The notes: a model not told the origin generated them from the sequence alone. A stretch of DNA of 63,084 nucleotides, filler included, from Sphacelaria rigidula (GCA_964200075.2; 8 parts of 8 records of this genome joined end to end with filler, not necessarily neighbours in it), one strand, 5' to 3'. Shown: positions 12,152 through 32,807, counted from the first letter of the whole stretch. Program-made: numbers and translations.

Positions 12152-13535
12152 CAGGCTGGGCCGGCCAAGACTCGAATTTGTGGTTTACAGACCTTGTTTC
12201 ACATCAATTTTGCGAGTTAGACTTCGAAATTTGGCAGGGAGGAAGAATGGAGCATGCTAAAACGCTGTCTCGCGGGACGCAAAGCTTTTTTTTTCAAGTG
12301 AGTCAACGGTGTATTCCTGATATCAAGATACTGAATATTGCCCTCAACTCACGAGAAAAAAAAAACTTGAGCGTCCCGCGCGACAGAGTTTTAGCATGCC
12401 CTATTTTTCCTCCCTACCAAATTTCGAAGTCTAACTCGCAAACTTGAGGTGAGAAATGGCGATTTAGAAACCGGGCCGGGCGAAATTCGGAACAATAGTT
12501 TCAAGGCCGTTTACCGGCCCAGGTCTGGTACTTGTCCTTAAATCTTTGTATGGGACCTCGCTAAGCCATAACCGAACAAATTAAGTGGAGACCATAATTT
12601 CACGAGAAGGCATGCCTCTGCAATTCTCCATGATAAGTTTCAAATTTCAATTGTTGAGACTGAGCTAAAAACTGAGATCAGGTTCGAGAGCACTGTCCAT
12701 TTTCCCTTGAAACTCCCCTGAAAAAACAAAAAAAAACAAGAAAAAATGACAAAAATGACGAAAAAACAACAACGGTGATTTTTTCATTCATTATGCAGTG
12801 ACGATTCTCCGAACGAAATATCAAAGCATCACTCTCAAAAACTGAGACGAAATATCTAGATTTAGTGCATGAAGTGTCTCTGCTCGAAATACATTGATTT
12901 TAGTATGGAAAATTATGTGCGTCATATCTCGAGACAGATAACGAATTAGGCAAAAGTGGGGATATTGATCGTTCCCCCGTTCTCCGGGAAATGTCCACAC
13001 CAAAAATCGTAATCATCCGCTGTACATATCGTCCGGGGTTTCATATAGACTTTAGTATTGGCGCTATCTCCGTACGGTATAGGAATTACCTGACATTGAT
13101 TGATTGACTCATTGATTGATTATCCCACATTAACCGATTGCAACAATCCAGCCCGTGGTCAGGAGCAGCAAAAGTAGAACATGATGATGAAAAAATACAA
13201 TAAAGAAAAACGACAGAAGCAACGGCCTCCGAAAGGAGAGAAAGGGGGCAGCGATAACAACAAAAAACACCACCACCACCAACAACAACAACAACAACAG
13301 GAACAAACAACAGCAGTAACAACAAAATAACGACAGACACACAAAGACAGACACTAGCACGAACAAAGACATGGGATTTAATCAACGAGAGAAAAATGGC
13401 TCAGACATCTGAGCACATGGGCATCTTTCCCATGATCAGACGATTAATACAATATGCAAATCACGACCCAACTCGTCTGTGTCGATGAGATATTGCTTTG
13501 AGAGCTTATATCCGCGTCTGGGCCGGCCCAGCTCG
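12152..13535. mobile_element. TA-flanked TIR element, same family as 9575-10762, ~1.38 kb, copy B
   Basis: TA|CAGGCTGGGCCGGCC ... GGCCGGCCCAGCTCG|TA; shares blocks such as CACTCTCAAAAACTGAGACG..ATATC and CCCAACTCGTCTGTGTCG with copy A; carries an extra CAA-rich insert at ~13090-13370. Confidence 0.8.
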
Positions 13536-15526
13536 TACTGTCCAGCGAAATGCAAAGCGAGAAGAGGATCAGCGAAGAGATGTGCTCGAAAATGATGCCG
13601 ATAAAAAAAAAGTGTTGAAACAACCCTGCTGACCGTTTTAACGTGTTTGTGACGACTGGCCGTTTCAGACATGACGCTGATTCAAACTCAAAATGAAAAT
13701 GGTTCCAACGAAAAAAATGGCGTAAAACAAAACAAAAAAAGCGCTGCAGCAGCAGAAGAGAGTATCTCGCTGGTTGATTGGTACTGGCCGATGGCGGTGA
13801 GCAAGAACTTGGCCAAGCTTGTGTTATTCTCCAACATATTTCTACCCGCTTCCCTTCCTCGTGACGAATGCTAAGGTCGTCTCTTTGCTCAACATCATTT
13901 TTGGATCGAAAAAGTGCGGTGGGAAACAAGAATTCCGATCTGATAATGGGTGATTTCAAATGCCAGCATGAACAACAAAAGTTGAAATCACAACCTGTCA
14001 GATCACAGTTTTTCTTTCCCACTTTAAATTTTCGATAAAAGAATTTCGTGCGAAGACACGCCCTTAGTTTTAGGAAGCGACCTGTGGCTTTGGGCGAAAA
14101 TCTATGGTTGATTTTTTCGAAGAAACTAACCGTAACTCTACCCCTAACCTCAACCCCGACCTAATGCCTACGATAACTCTTGGGTTAGGGGTGTGCAAAG
14201 ATTCTCCTAGGCAAGGTTGGCAGACCTGAAATCGACGCCGCCGGTACTGATTTGGACAAGGACACATTTTGGACGAGCTGGGTCTACTGCTCACCTGCCC
14301 CAAACCATGAATTAATCTCTGAACTCTCTGCACTCTAAAATCAAGTAGTCATCCTGTCAACGATATTTTTTCGCCCAAAGCTAAAGCTCTACCGCTCCTG
14401 GGGGGCCTGTTGTTGAAGAGACAAAAAAATTTAGAACGCGCCGTGAGACAGCCAGTGATTTCTGGCGTTTTTTTGTTTTTCGTCCTTCCGATTGGTTTGA
14501 GAGGTGATGGGCAACCAATTAGAACCACAAAAGAAAATGAATACCACGAAAAAACGTCAGAGTCAGTCTCATTGCTACGGCGCGTTCTCACTTGTCTTGT
14601 CTCGCTAGAACAGGCCCTTAACGTCGTTCATCAATGGCGCCGATTTTTCAAACTTTTCCACACCATGGGCAGCAGCGTGAGGTCAATTGTGGTATCAGAC
14701 AAGAATTGTACTGCGTAGGGTGTAGGCCTCTTGCGAGTATTGTCGATAGCGGGTTACGCACTGCCTTATGGGTATCTCACCATATAAACACTACGTAGTA
14801 CAATCATCCCCTTCGTGCCGGGTTTGGCCTCTCCCATCCCGCACAGTATGATCTGACTCAACAAGCATCATGGTTACCGCAACAAAAAAAAACGCAATCG
14901 AAAGGAAGAAACGGTAACCTAGTTGCCTAGCTTACGCAGTGAGGGGCGTATTTTATTGCGTCGTTGCCAATCAACGCCAACCTTTGGAGGGCAAGGGGGG
15001 CGGAAAGTGGGTTGATGCCTTTGTTGAGACTTTAAAGTCGTTCCGAGAAAGGGCGCGTACTCATTTGTTACTTGTCTTAGTCGTTTGACCACTGACCACG
15101 CATCCCTTCCGAGACGGAGCGTTCCGAGGAAGGAAGGGGAGGGGGTTCATAAGTGCCGCGGTGAAAAAAAAGAGTGAGGGTAAATATTAATTCGAAGGAG
15201 ACCACTACTGCTCCCGGGAAAGATTGGCTGGCTACCGCGAGTGCTGCCTGCGCACGTGTTTTACCGTGTTTGTCCAGTCGAGGTTCGACACTTTCTACGA
15301 TAGCCCCCCCCCCCTCCCCCCCCAAAAGTGCACCCAGAGGCAGTGTAAAAGCTGTGGCTGTCTCAGGGAGTGGCGATACCACAGAATAAAGCAACTCATT
15401 GTTGACTGTCATCCAAATGCAAGATAGTCAGCACGCTTCGGGCCGAACAATCTTAGCAGGATCACCCTTCATGCGACTCGCCGAACACACCACGGCGCTT
15501 CGCGCTTGGTGATAGAGTGCGAGCCT

Positions 15527-15626
15527 GGTCCGGCGAAAACCCGGCGTGCTCCATCCCGGCTTTGTAGGGATGCGAGGTAAATGGTCTGATTATGGCATGC
15601 ATGATCATGAGTACACTACCCCCCCC
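15527..15626 (+). repeat. Short interspersed repeat (GGTCCGGCGAAAACCCGGCGTGCT...GGCATGCA.GATCATG) ending in poly-C; copies at 20613-20718, 31835-31935, partial ~5960-6060
   Basis: Closely similar ~100-bp copies on separate contigs; a related shorter form (GGGATGCGTGGTCAATGGTC..CGACTAAGGCAAGCAAC..ATGAGTAC-Cn) lies at ~2434-2480, ~15056-15110 (reverse), ~31946-32009 and ~34332-34395. Confidence 0.75.
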
Positions 15627-15920
15627 ATATGGTGAGACACCCATGAGGCAGTGTAAAAGCTGTGGCTGTCTCTGGAAGTGGCGATACCAGAAAATAAANN
15701 NNNNNNNNNNNNNNNNNNNNNNNNNNNNNNNNNNNNNNNNNNTTAATTAATTAANNNNNNNNNNNNNNNNNNNNNNNNNNNNNNNNNNNNNNNNNNNNTC
15801 CCCCCCCCCTACGATAATGACATGCATGATTTTGAGTACCCCCCCCCCCCCCCCCCGTCACTCCCGGGAATTATTGCGATCGTGACCGTTGAAAGGTTTG
15901 CATCAAGGGGCAAAACCCAC

Positions 15921-23482
<7,562 letters not shown>

Positions 23483-24289
23483 CTGAAATTCATCGTCCAT
23501 TCATGGGGTGTGAAGGGGGGGGGGGGGGGGGGGGGGGGCATTTTGTTTGGTCGAGATCCTGAAGTGAACTAAGAATCATGCCCTCATGGGGGGGAGNNNN
23601 NNNNNNNNNNNNNNNNNNNNNNNNNNNNNNNNNNNNNNNNTTAATTAATTAANNNNNNNNNNNNNNNNNNNNNNNNNNNNNNNNNNNNNNNNNNNNCTTT
23701 CGAAAATGAAAAATGTCGCAGGGTGAAGTAGAGCTGAAGGGTTTTGTGAGGTGTACTTTTTCAAGAGTAGGTCTAATTGACCCGCTCGCACGGGAGCGTT
23801 CACACGTAATCTTAGTTAGACATATATATGCTATATAATAAATGTTACATATTATATAATACTTATACAATATGTAAAAGAACAGAAGCATACACACACC
23901 CCGCAAGGACCACCTAACTCTTCGGATTCGTCAATGTTCATTGATCAATTTCTGGGAACAAAGTTAACAAAAAATATATGAAAAATTAGGATAATTTCAA
24001 CTGTCGAAAAAATCCCCTCCGGCATCTGAGGTCATCGGGACAGAACGGGCAAGAAGCAGAAGCAGATATACGAACCCCACTAGACTTTTCGGTTTTTGTC
24101 AGCGTTTAATGATCAATTTCTTGTGACAAAATCAACATAAAATATAAAAACTGTTGATTGATCAACTCCTTGCGACAAACTTGGCAAGAAAAAGTCGCAA
24201 AAAATCATGACAATTTTCGAAAAAATGCCCTCCGGAAGGGGGGGGGGTGGGGGGGCTACGTGTCCGAATTTTTTCTCCGCGCTGTTCCC

Positions 24290-24456
24290 TGATGCAGTAC
24301 ATGCTTTTTTCATTTTTTTCTTCATTCAGCGGCGGTACTGTGTGTTACCAGGTTGATCTGCACTTCACAGTGATATGCTTACATCGGGTTCATTCGGGAA
24401 ACTGGGAAAGCTGTAGTGTGGACAACGTTTGGCCACTTTTAAGCTGGCCCAGCTCG
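24290..24456. mobile_element. Terminal fragment of a TA-flanked element (reverse homologue of 35841-36010)
   Basis: Ends ...TTTTAAGCTGGCCCAGCTCG|TA and matches 35841 onward in reverse complement over ~160 bp. Confidence 0.7.
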
Positions 24457-24781
24457 TATAACCCCCCCAACTGGTTCGTTTCATTGAAACGTTATATTGT
24501 AATCATGCATGCAGCTGGCGAGAAGCAAGGCGCCTACTATTTTTGGTGTACATCGCTGCACACAACAGCTCACATTCATCGCGATACAGTACCACAGACG
24601 GTCTGTTGTAGCAGTCTGCTGACTGTAGTAGTGGTAAAGTTTCTTCAGCGAGCGTTTCAGTATTGTTCTTGTCTCGGGTACGTCCATCGTGTGACAACGG
24701 TTGGATCCGTGAAGGATCTGTCAACGTGCGACAGCCAATCAAATCAAAATAAAAAAAAAACTTAGATCGTGGGTAGATTAA

Positions 24782-24878
24782 CCCTTAGACCGCGACATTA
24801 GTCTTCTGTTGGACCGGCATCAATTTCAAGTGAAAAAAGTATGCATAATGCAGAAAGACTAATCTCGTAGTCTAAGGG
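24782..24878. mobile_element. piggyBac-type MITE, 97 bp
   Basis: TTAA|CCCTTAGAC...GTCTAAGGG|TTAA, i.e. TTAA target duplication with CCC/GGG termini; degenerate relatives at ~11037-11145 and ~46452-46626. Confidence 0.85.
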
Positions 24879-25010
24879 TTAACGTCAGCACTGGCAACAG
24901 ACAACTGTAGTACTATCAGCGGGTACAACAGTGGTATCCCCCCAAAGCCCAAATGTTCATTGGATGATCAACTAGCTCAAATTGAACATTTTTCTCCGTA
25001 AACATCTCAC

Positions 25011-25229
25011 CTTTTGCCTCCAGTCTATGCTTCCGAAGCGACATGGCACTTCTTGCCGATGAATGAAAGAATTTGACGACGAGAACCCATGTGCTGCACT
25101 CGGTCTAACATCTTTGCTGCCCTTGCTCGCGATACTCAATTTCCTCCCGACCCCTACCGTCAGGCCGAATCCCAGAACATCCTGGGCTAGAAGAAGGACC
25201 GCCAATTTCGCCACACCCCTCCCCACCAT
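25011..25229 (-). CDS. Probable first coding exon of an unknown protein with a signal peptide plus Phe-initiated transit peptide (plastid-targeting-like)
   Basis: MVGRGVAKLAVLLLAQDVLG-FGLTVGVGRKLSIASKGSK...DWRQK followed by the donor AAG|GTGAGA; hydrophobic stretch, F after the likely cleavage site, then Ser/Lys/Arg-rich. No downstream exon identified. Confidence 0.5.
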
Positions 25230-26321
25230 TTGGTCGAAAATATAAACTGGTCCCACAGCCTTCAGATAATGCCGAGCGGATGTTGCGAGGCTAATCTAGG
25301 TGGTGCTTACGAGCGTGGGCTCCCCTTCGTGTCTTCTCCACTGTACTGCAGTGTGGTCTAGCAGTGAATTCGCTGCAATCAGGTCGACACTCGCTGACAA
25401 ACCGAACAAACATGTGTAAACACAACGGAACTGGAGAAGAACAGACAGCTGGGGAAATATGACACAACCATGGGCATCTTTCGTGAAGTCAGAGAAGAGG
25501 TTAGGCCGCATTTTCGGGACAGTGATGTCATCAATTGCCTTATCAGAAGCAAGTTTGGACGTTTGTGTCAGGTGTCACCACTTGCTCTTCTCGAGGAAAA
25601 GGGTCTCACAACCCCAGCAAAACTACCAGCACGACAAAAATACACACGCCCACCTCCACACCTGCCCGCCATAAGCTTGCGGCACTGCTGTAGGGTCCCG
25701 CACAGAAAGTCGGTAAGCTTTTGCGGTAGGGGTCCGCTTGTCTCCAAATGTGTGTGCTTGTTTCTTACGGCTGAGATTTTGATTGCACAGACCCGACGAT
25801 TCAGTCGAGGATACACAACAAGGACCGACACCAACAAGAACGCAGCGTTCAGTATTCGTTGCGTTTCGTTCTAGAGCCTTTCGCTTCAGCTACTACCAAC
25901 TACCAACCCCAAGCTTCACGCCGAGAAACAAGGTCGGTCCCGTAGCTAATCGTAGTTCGTTCCCTTGCGTTCTTTACTGAGTTATGGAGAAAGCCTAGAG
26001 CTTCTTGCTTCTCGAAACTCACACGGGACCGAAGAACAAACAAACGTCCCGTGCGACCCTGCCCACAAAAACCTCGAGGGGATCACCCACGCTGTCACAC
26101 AGTACAGTAGACATCACCCTCTCTTCTCTGAGAGAGCAAACGACAGGCTCGCGCCGACTTCTGCAGAACAACTGGTAGCCCCCTATTCCTCTACAGGTTT
26201 ATCTAGTTGAGTCCCCCCTTTATGATAGGTCGACGACAAAGTCTGGAGGCAACGAGACGTTCACTCCTGCTGCTCGCCTCTCTTCCCACCCCCAAACCTG
26301 CCCCGCGTCAGCGGGCACCAC

Positions 26322-26537
26322 ATGTTGCGTGTGCTTGGGACAATCGCTAGCGCGGGTCGCTCGGGAGCTGGGCGTCGGTTATCGAAGCCGGCTGGAACGT
26401 CGACAACTGCCCTGGTGTGCATCTGCAGTTTGTGGAACGTGGGGCCTTCGGTATCGTTCGCGAACCTCAGGAGTCCGCCACGCGCCATGTCTACCGCAGT
26501 CGATGTGAGCAGCCAGCAGCGAAGTTCGGTAACGAAA
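26322..26537 (+). CDS. Probable first exon of an unknown protein with a mitochondrion-like presequence
   Basis: CAC ATG start; MLRVLGTIASAGRSGAGRRLSKPAG... is Arg/Ser/Ala-rich with no acidic residue for 60 aa; ends at donor AAA|GTCAGT. No downstream exon identified. Confidence 0.55.
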
Positions 26538-29500
26538 GTCAGTTTTTACACCAATTTTGTCTTGCGTTGTTTTTTCGTGCCGCTAGCTGAGCGCAGCCAT
26601 ACCGTACCCTGAAAAAGACCGTGCGTGCACTCGTATACCAATACAGCCGCAACTACAGAAGTTGATACCCGAAAATGGTGTATGTCCAATCGTCGCATCT
26701 GTTGTCTTTCACCGACAGCTGGGTTGGCATGTAGTATTCATTCCTCGGCAGCTGCGGGGCATATTTTGCGGAATGCTTGACTGTTGTGTGCAGCTGGTGG
26801 TACCGAGACTGTCGACCAGCGGTTTGCTGGGTTGCGGTTGTTCAATCGTTTGATTGACCTGTACGAAAACGAAGAACTTTCCACCAGTCCCTGCGCGTCG
26901 CTCGCCGGTTTTTCGTGTTTTCAAAAATGTACTCCGAAGAAATAGGCCTCGAGGATGCTTGAGGAATTCATCTCGCCCAGCCTACCGAAAATCGGAATGA
27001 CATCTGATCGCGTTAGAGCTTACATGTAATGAGGCTATTGAGATGAGTAGTTGAGTCGAAGACTGAGATGCGGATGTCCTCTCGCACGTTCTTCACGTCC
27101 TGTACAAGAATGATACCTGGCGGACAGCACCGCACTTGGGCTGCTCTGCACTCTTGTTGCACACTGCTATTGTAGACAGTACCCATTCAACCTTCTCTGA
27201 TTGGCGTATCAACCTTCTCTGCCAGCAAGAGTAACTGTATCTGGGGGCTACACGACGGTACAGCACAGTTTGCACGCGCTTATTACGGGCGTTTGGCATT
27301 GGCATAGGTGGAAGTTAACAGCGCATTTGACGAAATTGGTGAATGGGGGGAGGCCGCGCTTTGTTGCAATGTAGCGCAGCGCTCGTCCACCGACAATCTT
27401 GGATCCTGCAACGACCAGCGGGCAAAATCGCATTTTTCGAGGAGACTGGCAACTTCTGCTGTGAAATAATAGCCACCGGTTCTAACCAAAGTTCATTGTT
27501 CATTGTAGCTGAACGAGACAGGATACATGTCTCCGTCTGAATATCAAGATCGTAGTTCGTCAGCGGATGCCAGCAGCAGTATTTGGACTTACGTTTGTCG
27601 ACTGCCGACTTGACACTCACTGAGCGTGCATGTATTCATAAGACGGGACGAAACCAAGCAGAATCACCCGCACAAGTACCGACCAGCTGAGACCGCTTTC
27701 TGTTGTCCGCATAACACCCCGAATAGTCAACCCCTTCAGCGCCTCAGCTGTACATGTGCGAGATCGGCATCAAATTCTCACTGGAAAAGGACTCAAAGTG
27801 ACATCAATTTTACTAATGAACATTTCCGGTGCTAAAGGGTTTTATTATCCATTGACCGCAAGGGGGAGATCATCTGTCATCTGGTGGTGATATTTTTTCG
27901 GATGAAGTTGATGCCGATTCAAACACATCTCCTCTTCCATATTTCATATTTCATTATTCGTTACCCGTCCCAAATTTGACTGTTCAACTCTCGAGATGAG
28001 ATGAGGCATGGTCTGTCACCCCCGAGCGCGTTGCTTCACAGCACCTGCCCGAAGCCTTGACAAAATGACACAGAATACCGCCCCCCACAAAATGAATTCG
28101 TACGCCCGCGAACGGATTTATCTTGCGGAGCTCTGCCTTCATTCACTCTTCCCTTCCCCTCCGAAAACGAGCTGCGCTCGTGCGCACATTCGCCAACAAT
28201 TCCATGGATTGGTCGTGGTCGTGAAAAACACGATGGGTGTCATAACGGGGCGAGCTGCCCCTTTCAGGTTCTGGGGTCAGGTTCTCAACATGAGTTCAGA
28301 GTAAGGAGGAAGTCGGAGTTGTCGTTCCGGCGGGTGCACCGGCTTTGTCCTCATGGTTGTCGACCCTATGAAGGGGCCGGACTGCGATCCAATTAAGTCC
28401 ATCACTGCCTCCACGTCGCATTTGTCAATCGCGACCGCAACCGTCTCCAGCCAGGAGGGATGACACCTTGATCTATCGCGGCCTGGATGATAACCTCCTC
28501 CCGCTTAGAACATTGGCTGTCAGACAGACACAGCCCGAAGAGGTCAAAGGGTTAGCGCAGTGACTCTCTCCCGACAACTGTTGTCGACAACAACAGTTGA
28601 ATCATGGTCTGTAATCCTACGACCACTTTTCATGAACCCAAGAAGAGTATCCCCGAAGAGTGCCTATTTGGCGCTTCCGCTTTGCCCCCCCTCCTCCCGA
28701 AGTTAGGCCTCATTGGATCCTGATACCTCCGAATGACTTGTGTCATTGTTTGAGCAGGTTCCGGGGCAACCTCGCGCTCTCCGGTGGCCGCGATTGAATA
28801 TTTGGCCAGAAAGGCAATTTCCAAACAAAGTCACCCCCTCAGATACGGTCAAAGTTATATACCCTGGACAAACATCTTGCATACTGCGCGGGGCAGCAGA
28901 ACATTGTTTGCGAATGTAATTCGTTGTCGAGGGTGTGGAAGGGTACAAAATCATATCGGGGAAGTGCCTTTTCGACACACGACATGTTGCTCCCGAAAGG
29001 ACTTGGCAGATTCTGCCACTTACGAAATGTGTCTCTACTCTCTCAAGAATTCCGGCACACTATCGCGTTTTTGGCAGTTCCGGCGCTGGTTGCGGATTTT
29101 CTGCACTAGTGACGAGATGCCAAATGCGCTGAAACGTACGGGTTGAGCGGATTATCTCTGAACGTCTAATCGTTTGTTCAGAAACTTGGTAGTTTAGCCA
29201 AAACCTCGCTGCTGGCCACCGGCAAACGCAACAGTGCCCTGGAATAATGTTGAAGAGTTATTCCGGAATAGTACAGGTGGCCCAGGATAAAGGCTTTTTA
29301 GTCAAAGTTCGAATTTCCTGGTACTTTTCTGCGCATTTGGTGCCTTTCGGTGAATGTGCAGATTATTTGGATCTTTGAATAAACTCTCTGAAAAGAGCTC
29401 TTCATTTATTTTCCATTTTTATTTTTAGCTGTATTTCACAGACCCCTACCCTGGTGGAGAAGTTCTCCGAGATGGAGCCTTCCCCTCCTGTCCCCGGCCC

Positions 29501-30560
29501 AAAGGCCTCATTATGAGAAGCCTTGACAAAGAGGAAAATATGGAAGCAGAAAAGGCCGACGGCATATGATGGAAGACCGAAGAAGAATCCAGTAACACGC
29601 GGCGGGTGCAGGAAAAATATCCCCCCTGGAGAGGTCGGGTAAGGTTTGTCCAATCATACCACGCAACGGATAAAGTGTGTCCAATTGTATCCATCAACAA
29701 AAATTAGCAAAAACATGAAACATTCCATTCAAGAAACAGCAAAGGGTTCCAGGGTCTGGTACGGCACATGGGGTAACAGCAAACCTTCTTTTATTCCACT
29801 TGTCACTCGCACGGGTCTGAAAAATACGTATTGAGTGAGTGTTGTTGCGTCTGAGCTGTAAACCATGAACCATATCTTGCTCGAAAACCGTCAATTGCAA
29901 ATGATCAATTTTCCATTGTAAGTTCCAAAAGGGTTAACCAGAAAGATGCGCCTTTCCCGCTCATGTCATCGATGAAAGTAGACCGGTTCTAGAAATATCA
30001 GAATGCCTACCATCAGAGTTCCTGCCATCCTGCACGGCTCAACTAGTTGGCTCGTATACGAGTGTGGGCTACTACCTAGTACCGGAAAAAGCACATAGCG
30101 GTAGACGACGGACTGTGAAGCGTTCGATGCGCTCACCGAATGGATGATATCGAATGTCACGCGGGCGAATGCCTCTCAACGTGGTTTTGAACACTCCCTT
30201 ATTTTTTTCGGGGTCACGAAAAACGGTCTCGGACACTGTTTTTGTCGAAGTTAGTTGTCAAGGAACGCTCACGGTCTGGAATTGAAAACTTCTCACAAAT
30301 CATTTTTCAGGTTCATGAAACAGCTCTCACTTCGCGGAAAATCCCCCAATCCGCTCCACGGTCGAAAAGATCGCGAGGAAAACAATATGGTGTGCCGAAA
30401 CTCTCCCAGGGACCATGAGAAATTCACGGCAAAGTGGCGAAATCCGTCCAGCCCCCTTCTGAAACGAGAAACTTCCTGGAATAGTCGAGAAGACGTTTCA
30501 TCTGAAAGATGTCTGGCCCAGATCTGCATGAGGAGCCTTACTCCGGAAGAGGGAAGTTTT

Positions 30561-30982
30561 CAGGGAGGGATACGTGACACGTGACGTTTTAACGTGACTC
30601 ATTCGAAAACACGTAACTTCGGGTCATTTAACGCTGCGTAAAATTTGATATTTTGGATGGGACATCTGTAACGTAACGTGATGTGACGTGTGGTCCGTTG
30701 CATGAACCCTAACATTGCGTTTTACTTTTCACATGCGACGAAAACTATGCTTGTTTCCGTCGATATGTCACGTGTCACGTGTCACGTTAAAAATTCACAA
30801 AAACAGCCTTTTTTTACATCTGGAAAACACCAAAGACACTGCTTCAAGGTTCACATGTTACATCACGTTACGTTGCATCTGTCCCGTCCAAAAAATCAAA
30901 CCTCACGTGGCGTTAAATGGCCCAAAGTTACGTTTTTCCCGTTTTTTTCAAATGTGTCACGTGTGTCACGTATCCCTCCCTG
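30561..30982. mobile_element. Fold-back MITE (~420 bp) with CAGGG termini (hAT-like)
   Basis: CAGGGAGGGATACGTGACAC ... GTGTCACGTATCCCTCCCTG; arms stay complementary for well over 100 bp and repeat GTGAC/GTCAC motifs; TSD not clearly preserved. Confidence 0.8.
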
Positions 30983-32807
30983 GAATTCAATTTTTCGGAT
31001 TTTGTATAATGAGATGGGAGCGTCCGGTCGAATAATAACTCACCATACTTGAGTTGCTGTACGAAACATAAACCTTCCCATTGTTGTCTTGAGCTGTATG
31101 GAGTTCCTCCAGTGTCGCACTCGAAGGTGTACTTGAAGGTATGTTGAATACTCCCATCCCTCTACTGCACTACACTCGAACGAACTTTGTACAGCTATAG
31201 CTGCAGCGTGCTTGGTGGGAGGCATTTTCGGTGAACCCCGTTCTACGTACTCGAAGAGTTTGTCGTTTATCCTCTAACCCTTTTGGGACGGACCCCCCAC
31301 TAACACAGAGTTGACCGTGTTTTGGTGAAATAATGAAGAAACAAGTCAGGGAGCAACCTGCCCAATCATGGTTGAGCGAAATTTATCGACCAGACCCGAA
31401 CGACCAGCGCGGGGATTGTTGTCGCGTGTGATGCCACTGCAAAGATCGTGTGGGCGCCCCATCCCCCAGATAAGTCTTCCCAGCTTTCAAAAGCNNNNNN
31501 NNNNNNNNNNNNNNNNNNNNNNNNNNNNNNNNNNNNNNTTAATTAATTAANNNNNNNNNNNNNNNNNNNNNNNNNNNNNNNNNNNNNNNNNNNNCGCGCC
31601 TTACCCAATATATACTTATGTTGTTTCTATTATAAATTCAAGTACACCGCGACTTGAAGGACGTAAAACCAGATGACAGTACAATGCGAGCCCTGGCCAT
31701 CCGCGGGCATGTCATTTCGACCACATCGACGTCCAAACATGCAAGAACAGCAGCAACACACGCAACATACGCAACACAAAATCTAGTGGCCACATCGTGC
31801 CCCGCTTGACACCCCCTCCCCCAGCCGTTAGTGTGGTCCGGCAAAAACCCGGCGTGCTATGTCCCGGCTTTGTAGGGATTCAAGATCAATGGTCTAGTGA
31901 GTACGGCATGCAAGATCATGCTATGTATTCCCCCGCCCTCCGTCTCGAAAGGGATGCGTGGTCAATGGTCACACGACTAAGGCAAGCAACAAATGAGTAC
32001 CCCCCCCCTTTCCCCTACAGCGTCAGGGTTCGGTGCGAAAAAAAAAAGAGGAGGCAGGATTTGAGTTGTAAACTCGTGGGGAAGGGGTTTGGTGAAGACA
32101 CGGTAGAGTTTGTGTGGGAAAATATACGTGTGTAGAAATATCAAAACGTTGTGCGCTGAAGTACTTGACTATCTCCTTGTGTTTTGGTGTGAAGTGCAGC
32201 GTTGGTGGTAGCTTCTGTAATAACATCTGCGATCAATGTTGGCAGTGTGGCACGTGACCGACAGCTTTGCAGAGAAACAAGAATACGGCTACCAAGCAAC
32301 ATGGAAACTGACAACAGTTACCAATGCATTTCCCTGTGGTGGTGGTACACGCACTGTAGCCGGAGCTTCCCGCCTCCTTCCCTGCAAAGCGCATAGGTCC
32401 GGCAGGTGATCTCTTAGCTATCGCAGCAATTTTGCACTCGACACAAGGTTGTACTATTCTTCTATTAAGGGGGCAACATATTTCTCGAGCACGCTCACAA
32501 CTCCTGAGCTTTGCCTGCGAAATGGTGAAGCCCCCCCCCGCATCCCACTGGTATTATAATCAGTAGCAACCACGGAAGATGTCCGCGTCAGATGCCCAGT
32601 ACAGAGTACTGCCCAGATATCGGGACGGTTTTGAATGTGAAGACAAGAACAAGTCATCACGCAGACATCCTTCGAGATGTTTCGATGCCCGAGCATTGGG
32701 CAATGACACCCCCGTCCCCCCCAATACTATGCGCCCAAAAAACAAAGCAATGCCTCTCGCCGCCCCGCTGTCTTCGCGTACTCGCGTTCGTTCTCCCCGT
32801 CGCCCAG

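Noticed and set aside
28600..30200. Possible decayed retroelement or coding relic
   Set aside because: Coding-like texture, but no motif I could assign with confidence.
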